Shown in pieces: positions 51,603-64,000 of a stretch of 64,000 nt of DNA (its first letter is position 1; each line of letters opens with the position of its first letter). Origin of the DNA: Eledone cirrhosa (lineage: Eukaryota); the NCBI GenBank assembly GCA_964016885.1, contig OZ024740.1:169136001-169200000 (forward strand). Reading direction: 5' to 3'. The translations under genes were made by a program, and so were the position numbers. The notes beneath the pieces were generated by a model. It saw only the letters and a program-made list of their open reading frames with translations, did not search any database and was not told the origin of the DNA.

Positions 51603-52679
51603 ATATATATATATATATGAGAAAAATGAAGCGCTGCGTGGTTGCACATGGGTTACATATGAATAAAATGAGTCCTTCATCAGTGATCTTCCAACTTTCA
51701 TTGGTTTTTCATCGCTTTAAAAAATCATATACCTCTAGTTGGCGCGAGCAATAACAAATAAAGTTATTGGGACAAGTAAAATAGGGTGAAACGACCGCAA
51801 CATGTAAACAAACAACGATGGTATGGCGACGGAAAGATAGGAAGAGACAAGCACATGAAATCTGTAAGCTTAAGCTTGGTGAATTCATGGGCGAGATGTG
51901 AGCGAGAAAAGGATTTCACACAGGAAGTGAGAGAGGGGGAGAAGCAGAGAGTGAGTGAGTGGAAGTGTGAGGAAGAGACCAGCAGAGAGAGTGTGACTGG
52001 CAGAGGGCGGTAAAAAGAGGAGAGAGAGTAAGAAAGAAACAGTCAATCGCAGCCGAGGAAAAAATATAAATATGAGAAAAATGGAGCGCTGCGTGGTTGC
52101 ACATGGGTTACATATGAATATAATTAGCCCTTCATCAGTGATCTTCCAACTTTCATTGGTATTTCATCGCTTTAAAAATCATATACCTCTAGTTATATAT
52201 ATATATATATATATATATAATAGTAAAAAAGAAAAAAAAAACAGTAGAAAATGCTAAAGGGAATAACAGCAAAACATTTATTTACAAAATAGGAATTTCA
52301 GCATTATTCGTACCGGTTTCAGCTTATAGGCTTCTTCATGCGACGGAAGTGTATAATGCAATTAAATTGCATATTAATAAGAATATGGGAAAACATTTTT
52401 TTTTACATACATATATATAAAGAAAAGTTCACATTTTTGTCTGTAGTTTTCTGTCTTTCTCTCTTGGTGTTGACCTTAGCTGTGTCACCATTATTAGTGG
52501 AAGTAGCAGGGAAGAATCAGTTCGTTCTGTTTAAGCTGTTGACCTCGATTGTAGTGGTAGTAGTGGGGAGAGAAGGGGAAGGAGAACCAGAATGAGAAGG
52601 AGAAGAAGGAGGAGAAGACGAAGACGAAGAAGAGGGAGGGGCAGGGGATAGGCGTGTTAGTAATACTTCTCTACATTCT

Positions 52680-56580
<3,901 letters not shown>

Positions 56581-57735
56581 TTAATGAGTTCAAATCTAGC
56601 TAACTTAGTCATTTACAATACATGGATATGTTGGTATTTGTGTTTATCAAATGTATTAATTTATATTAACTTGTATTACACGACTCAGAAATACTTCTTT
56701 CTTTGAGCTATTTCATTGTAAAGGACTGTAGAAAGAAGTATTTCTGAGCCGTGTAATACAAGTTAATATAAATTAATACATTTGATAAACACAAATACCA
56801 ACATATCCATGTTTGTATTGTAAATGACTAAGTTAGCTAGATTGAAAAATACTAATTATAATAATATAGTTTGCCTGTCTCGATTTAAAATAATAAATCA
56901 ATAAAAACAAAGTATATTGGCAAATGGCCGTGGTGCTTGGACAAATTTAAATTTCAAAATCAAACCTGTACCATGAATACTACTTTAAGGGTGTACATGT
57001 TTATAAAACCCCCAGCCACATGCACGTTAATTTCACGAGCAATTGGCACTCTTGTCGTCAGATCTGACATAGATCTAAAACATACTCAATGTATATATTT
57101 AAATGCACATTATGCAGTCTTGGTTAACCTTGTACTATATATGTATGTATGGTCCCGTAACTTATGATAGAGTCGTAGGGACACTGTATTGACATACGGA
57201 GCCCATCCCTCTCCAGGCCCGAGTACAATAGGTTTCTTCCAGAGAAAGAAAGAAAGCACGAGAGAGAGAGGAAATGAGAAAGAGATATAGAGGAAGAATT
57301 GACCCCAGTACTAGACTGCTACTTTTTTATCGACCTCGAAAGGATGAAAGGCAAAATTGAACTCAGAGCAGAGTGTTGGAACGAATACCATAAAGCTTTT
57401 TATCCGACGTTCTAACGACTCTGCCAATTCGTCACCTAAACTATATATGTGAATATATGTAGAGGTTATATTTAATTTGTTGGGATACAACAAGCAAAAT
57501 ATTTTTATAACTGATAACAAATTAATTGGAGTAAATATACAATATATGAACAAATGGAAACTATATTTATAAAACCATATTTATTTCATTATACATATTT
57601 CAAGGGCCACCAAGGCAGATTATGGTGCGCTTTCATCAGATAAAATATAATATATATCCGGGAGACTCCAACCGTGAAGGTTGCATTTTTCAGGGTATGT
57701 CAATATTTATTTATAAAACTAATCTATATTATATT

Positions 57736-57790
57736 TTATCTGATGAAAGCGCACCATAATCTGCCTTGGTGGCCCTTGAAATATGTATAA
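57736..57790 (+). ncRNA. Type I hammerhead-like motif (inverted twin at 57589-57643, minus strand)
   Basis: ttat CTGATGA aagcgcacca taatctgcct tggtggccctt GAAAT at GTA taa, followed by AATAAA; stem I is weak. Confidence 0.62.
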
Positions 57791-57959
57791 TGAAATAAAT
57801 ATGGTTTTATAAATATAGTTTCCATTTGTTAATATATTGTATGTGAATATATGTATTTACCGTATATCGCAGTTACGTATTGCACAATTTAATCTATATT
57901 TGATATTACATTGTTTTTCTGCAACCATAACGATGACTGTAAACCTCTTGTTTATACAG

Positions 57960-58090
57960 AATGACTGTCAGCATGTGGCTGTATATGTTAGAGTATTGTA
58001 ACGGCAGTATTGTAAATCTATGCAGTATAATGTTTCATTTTAATTGGAAGAGTAGCTACATGTCACCTTTATTATTTGTATCAAATGAGG
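57960..58090 (+). CDS. SEL1L3: SEL1L3-like gene, coding exon 5 (LamG-like region)
   Basis: tacag| acceptor, G|gtaagt donor, phase 2 to 1; MTVSMWLYMLEYCNGSIVNLCSIMFHFNWKSSYMSPLLFVSNEG matches the SEL1L3 motif FTVSLWLYLLHYC...LCGILY...TPSVFLTEEG. Confidence 0.92.
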
Positions 58091-58587
58091 GTAAGTCTGC
58101 AACAATTATTTTATCTTTTTTCTCACTGCCGTCTTAATCTTCACATTGATGAATCTAGTTATAGTTGAATTATATTTTCTTTGAATGAAGATTCGTGGAT
58201 TTAATAGAAAAAGAAAAACATAGATTGAGAAGAAAGAATGGAATGTAAAATAAGAAAATATAATGCTTTTTATTTTCACATGATATTGCATGCAAACACA
58301 GGTAACATCAATGTCGAAATAGGTTAGAGCATGATATAACGGGCTACTATATTTTAAAACAATGTCACAAAGTTTAAAGGTAGTATAGTACTATAGTATA
58401 AAACACTGCACAGGACCTGTAGCAAATGATACTCTTGTTACTAGAGTTATCTGGCACTGGGTAATATTGTACTTATTTGTTTTAAACTATTGTTTATAGT
58501 TGAGTCATCTTAGACACATAAGCTGCAGAGTACAATCTGAAGAGAAAACGTGGTTTATTATGCACCTTGATCGAACAGAAAGAAAAT

Positions 58588-58745
<158 letters not shown>

Positions 58746-58846
58746 CAAACAAACAAACACAAACAATTAATTAATTAATTCTTAAGTTTGAGTATCTATG
58801 TCTACATAATATTGCTATAAACCTTTTTTTAAAATCATTATTGTAG

Positions 58847-58962
58847 GTAAGCTCCATATTCAGATGACACTCAAAAGTGGACAAACCGAAGCAAATCTGG
58901 CACCATTCAAAGTTCCTCTTCATCAATGGTTCCGAATAATATTTTCCATAGACATCAATAAG
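58847..58962 (+). CDS. SEL1L3: SEL1L3-like gene, coding exon 6 (probable GC donor)
   Basis: ttgtag| acceptor; GKLHIQMTLKSGQTEANLAPFKVPLHQWFRIIFSIDINK matches SEL1L3 GYLHIQMHL...F.IPLKEWFRL. The 3' boundary is inferred from phase compatibility (AAG|gcacag). Confidence 0.85.
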
Positions 58963-59784
58963 GCACAGTAATACATTTTTTTTTAAACAAATGTTTTTGT
59001 TATAATCTGAATTTTAAACAAATCTATCCGGAAGTGGAGGAGACAGGACTTATGGCTCTTGTTGGTCTCCTAACCTGGTGAAGTTGATGCAATTGATGTA
59101 TTGATATTCAGCTTGTACATCTATATGTTGAGGCCTATAGAAAAAATGCAGGTAGTTCCAGAAGGTTGCTGTTATGAGTATGAACGAATTGTTTAGTGGG
59201 ACATTATATATATATTTAAGGGAGCTTATAATGATAATTGTTTCTACTTTGGGCACAAGGCCAGCAATTACCCAGTACATTACTGGTACTTTATTTTATT
59301 GACCCCGTAGGGATGAAAGGCAAATGATAAATGATAAAGGCAAAATGATAAAACATGATAATAGAAATTATTGTGAACTGTGCTCAGGTGCACTACAATT
59401 CATCAAAGGTGCATGTATAGTACATAGAATAATGTACAAATGTCAGGAAAGTGAACAGTGTATGAGTCATAATATACACACAGACACGTGTGTGTATGAA
59501 TATCAGGTGTAGTTGTATATCATCCTATGTATATACATGTGTTCACACAAGCTAGTGAAGGAGTCTATGGGATCATTTGACCTGCTAGATATGGCAGCCA
59601 AAATTTCTCAAATATATCAAATACCATCTTAAATAAAGAGAAATAACACTGACTTGACTATTATGTGTAGTTAGGGAGAGGAGACACAGAAGCCCTAATG
59701 AGAAGAGAGGAAGTGAGTGTACTATGTGGGCTTGTTAATTAAGGAGAGTCCAAACCATTAGTGAAGGCATGAAGTGGCTTATCT

Positions 59785-59970
59785 AATAATTGTTTCTACT
59801 TTTGGCCAGCAATTACCCAGTACATTACTGGTACTTTATTTTATTGACCCTGTAAGGATGAAAGCAAAGTTAACCTCGGCGGGATTTGAACTCAGAATGG
59901 CTACGGCTGTAACTCCATGTGTCAAAGCATGGTGTCCGACCCTCTACCGATACTGCCAATCCACCACCTC
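59785..59970 (-). mobile_element. SINE, major family copy
   Basis: Reverse complement of the family sequence. Confidence 0.85.
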
Positions 59971-60675
59971 TGGTTTATCTAATAATGAAGGTTTGCCAGT
60001 CAGTGGAACTAAGTATTTTAGATATTGTGTAGGCTACAAGCAATACTTTTTAGAGCATTTTCAGCTGATTGGAGCTGAAGTATTTTCCTGCACAAAAGAG
60101 ATATCATCATAGTGATATGTTTACCAAAGGTGTTGTAAGGACCTTACTTGAAATGTGTCTCCTCTTCTCCGTTATCTCTCTTGTGTGTTTCATACACCAA
60201 CTGCCTTCCACCACTTTCCTTACCATCCCATTATGCCAGTTTCCTAAATCAAGGAAGTATTGGTCGTACTTCATATTGACCAATGTAAAGCTGGTAAAAA
60301 GCACCGGTCAGAGGTAAAATATAGCCTCACCTAACCCCAATGCTATTAATAGGATTCATTTCAAACTGCTTTATTAAGTATATTAGTAATCAATGCTAAA
60401 TACATATGGTTAATGTATTTGTTAGGGATATATAAATGTACATGTAGCATACATAATAGACTTACAAGTAACAGAAGAGAACAAATGAACTAGAGTTTTT
60501 AGGCCTATGCTAACTGGCTCACTTAACATTCAATCTAAACTGGCTCAACTTTATGTGCTTTCTCTTTTGAGCAGTAAATAGATAATTGAAAACATTTAAT
60601 TTGTGGCATTTTGAAGTTAAAGTTTTAGTAATTTTTGAAGTAGATCAATTATTTTTTCTCTTTATACTCTTTCAG

Positions 60676-60734
60676 TGGTTAATCACAATTAATTATGGTG
60701 AACAATGGACACAACATATAGAAGCAGAACATCA
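60676..60734 (+). CDS. SEL1L3: SEL1L3-like gene, coding exon 7
   Basis: Long pyrimidine tract + ttcag|, CA|gtaaga donor, phase 0 to 2; WLITINYGEQWTQHIEAEH(Q). Confidence 0.75.
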
Positions 60735-62058
60735 GTAAGATATTATTTCACTTATTTATTTATAATTGTTTGCAGATTCAGCTATTGACTAAGTTTACGG
60801 TGTTGATAGGTTAACAAGACAACCAGTTAAGTTCTGAAATATCCTATTACTATTATCAGTTGATTGAACAATTGAATGCTGATTGTTGAAACTGATGGAG
60901 TATCTAACACATTGATTTGACAGCCATTGTCTAACTTCTGTTGGGAAATAAATGTTGACACTAATTTATGTGACAATCACAATAACTTTAATTAACCCAA
61001 ACCTGTATAGAAGAAAAGGGAACATTGTTGAACAATGCTGAAGTCAAACAAAGGCAAGAGTGACAGTTATAAAAGTAAATGACTTGATATACCAGAGTTC
61101 CAATTAATTAAAATTAGAAATAGGTAATGAAGTGAGGGGAAGGATAATCTGACCATTGGCAGAGCTTGTTTAGGTTATTTGACCAGTTAAGTCAAGTTAA
61201 GAGAGAAAAATATATATAGAAAACATTCACACATAAAATAAATAGAGAATGTTATGAAAATAATCCAGGGATATCATTTGCATAAAAAATAGTGAAATGT
61301 GATGAGTACTTTAACTTAAATTGATCAAAACTACTTGATAGGAAGCAAAGTGGCACAACAGTTAGAAAATTGAATATAAAGACTTGTGCTCTGAGTTGAA
61401 ATCTTGTCAAGTTCAACTTTGCCTTTCATCCTTCTGTGATTAATAAATAAAGTACCAGTTAAGTACTAAGGTTGATTATTCTAACTTTCTCTCTCTGTCT
61501 TAGAATCAGGGGCATAATGCTGTAATGTATTTTGTAATATACTTTTATAGACAATTAAATTAACACAGCATTGTAGTTGTGGCAAAATATGTTATATTAG
61601 CTTTACTTGTATAGTTCCATTAGTTCAATAAGGAATGTATTTAAAACAATGTAGTGGTTTTCCAGTTTGATTTTGTTGAATAAAATCCTTTGTCATATCA
61701 ACAATTCATACTACTATTTATACTGCACTATAAAAAGTAATGGTTGAGTTAGAGTTTAGCAGACACTTCTCACATAAAAACTTATGTGCTACTGAAACCA
61801 TACAAGTATGGGTTAATGTGAAGCCCTACACAGTAAGATAAGCATTTTTGAACAATGTCTAACACAACCAAACAAAAGCAAGGGTGACAGCTAAAAAAAG
61901 AACATTAACTTCTGTAATATTGTTCATTTATATACCTGTAATTTGGTATTATGTATGGAATTTGTATCATCATCATCGTTTTGGCAACAACTTTCTATGT
62001 TTCAATATGTAATATGAAGAAACTATTTTAAAATCTGAGATTTTTTCTTTCTATAAAG

Positions 62059-62188
62059 GTGTAAGGAAGATATTAATTACAATGATGAAGGAATATTTTC
62101 ATTTGGAGGTTCTGACCGTATACCAGCCTTTAAAGGATATATTGGTCAAGTAAAATTTTACAGGCGCCAAGTCATATTTCCTACAAAG
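62059..62188 (+). CDS. SEL1L3: SEL1L3-like gene, coding exon 8 (gene continues beyond window)
   Basis: ttttctttctataaag| acceptor, AAG|gtaatg donor, phase 2 to 0; CKEDINYNDEGIFSFGGSDRIPAFKGYIGQVKFYR matches SEL1L3 EDFHYNDTAGYFIIGGS...GFFGPLKYYR. Confidence 0.9.
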
Positions 62189-63829
62189 GTAATGAATTCC
62201 TTTGGGTACCAGTTCAGATTATAGTATTGTGTAACTTGAGTTATATTATCATTGTATTTTTTCATTTTTTAAGACAGTAAGGTGTATGATTTAAAGGAGA
62301 TCTGGCTGTTGTTTCTAACAGGTCAAATTAATATGAAGCTTGCTTGTGAGTTCATCCTTATGTTTGTTCTGTTGAGTGAGCTCTGCCAAGATGATTTGCC
62401 CCAGGTACACTGTTTTAAGGGGAAATGTATAATGGGAATCCAATAACAGAATGTCTCAATGATCTTCATTTCTTATATTAATTTTGTCTTATTAGGGGCA
62501 AAGGATTGGCAAAATTGTTAGAGTATTTGCCAAAATGCTTTGTGGAATTTGATGCAGCTCTATACATTTTGAGTTCAAATCCTGCTGTGGTAACTTTGCT
62601 CTTCATCTTTCTATGATCGATAAAATAAACTACCAGTCAAGTATTAGGTCACTGTAATTGAGTTCCCCTCCACGAAATTGCTGGCTTTATGTCTCAATTA
62701 GAAATGATTATTAACACTTGAAAGTGTAATAATTTGATGTAATAGCTTTTGGGAATGTTGATATTTGCAAATATGTTTCGATTAATTAAACATGCACACA
62801 TTCTTTTGTAAGCAGAATGGATGATGGACAATTTGAAGGCAGCGGAATAGCAGATTTAATCACCAGATTAAATTTTTTACAGTACTTATTTTTGACTCTC
62901 TACATTTTGAGTTTACTTCATGCTAGTTCCAACTATGCTCCTTCTCTTCTAAGATTGCTCAATCGAATACACACCTCTCCTAAAATTGTGTGGCTTGATG
63001 GCAATGCAAAAAACTACTACATCGGTTTACTGTTGAGGGAATTTAGTTTATGATAGGAAAGCATCTTATCCCATGGAATTATGATAAAGAAGACAGATTT
63101 GTAGTGACCTTATAGTAACGGTTTCTACTTTAGGAACAAGATCAATACTTGATTTATCAACTCTGAAAAGGTGAAAATCAAAATTGACCACAGTGAGATA
63201 TGAATGCAGAACCTAAAGAGCCAGAACAATTACAGTTTTTGTCTGATGCTCTAATAATTCTGCCTATCCACTAGCCTTACTGACCTTATGATAATTGTTT
63301 CTACTTTTGACACAAGGCCAGTAATTATCCCAGTGCATTACTGATTTTATGATAATGAAAGCTTGTTTAATGAAGGAAAAGCAAGAAATGAAGATGGATT
63401 ATGTAAAGAAACAACAATTTGTCCTTTAGCTGAGCAAAAGATACTTCATAACAATTGGATTATATAAGGATCCTCAAGTTTATCCTTTCTTTGGGTAAAT
63501 CCCTTTAACCTATAGCCATGCAAGACTTGTGCAAATGTTGAAATGCTCTTTTAATAGATTTATAGTTAATGGTTTAGTTACAGGAAAAAGGGGCAGCATC
63601 TACAACCCTTTGCAGGGCCTTCTGAGACTGGGAATTTGGGAGAGTTAAAGTGAGTCAGAAACTGTAGATCAGAATCATGGTCTGAATGCTTGCAAAAGAG
63701 TAGGTTCTGCTAAACGCTCCAATGGGCCAGAATGTGGTGCTAAACTTGGTGGAAGATTAAATCAATCTCATACTGCCAAATACTTTCTCTTCCTACCTAT
63801 GTGTGTGGTCTGATGAAAAATTATCAATG

Positions 63830-64000
63830 TATGAAGTGGTATCAAAAAGTTTCCAGACTAGTTCTGTAGCGTGCCAACAGATGACAACACATGGTTGCTC
63901 ACAGAGTGAGAGCTAGTAGTGACCTTCATGCGTGAGTGTGCTGAGTAACATCACTGTGTTCACTTTGCAAGTTGTGATCATGTGTATGCTATTGCCTGCA
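63830..64000 (+). mobile_element. Tc1/mariner-type element left end (runs off window)
   Basis: TA followed by tgaagtggtatcaaaaagtttccagact..gccaacagatgacaacac, resembling mariner TIRs. Confidence 0.55.

Overview
AT-rich, microsatellite-laden animal genomic DNA. The SINE repertoire and repeat landscape resemble an octopus/cephalopod genome (inference, not verified). One host gene can be reconstructed: a + strand SEL1L3-like gene with eight phase-compatible coding exons from a signal-peptide start at 38597 to 62188, continuing past the window. Most of the rest is transposon debris: two Penelope-like elements, Tx1/L1-like copies sitting in (TATC)n arrays, RTE, CRE-like and L2-like fragments, Helitrons, hAT/piggyBac/mariner MITE-type pieces, many tRNA-derived SINEs and a ~3.9 kb (TA)-based array. 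The most notable unexplained signals are: (1) a compact cassette at ~19.7-23.2 kb with an intron-containing SGNH/GDSL-like gene, a convergent orphan ORF and a long inverted repeat; (2) an apparently (TATC)n-targeting Tx1 family repeatedly followed by the same Helitron; (3) at least nine hammerhead-like motifs, several inside long fold-back palindromes, some in SEL1L3 introns; (4) an HDV-like ribozyme candidate in an RTE 5' UTR. All calls were made by eye; coordinates of degenerate elements are approximate.
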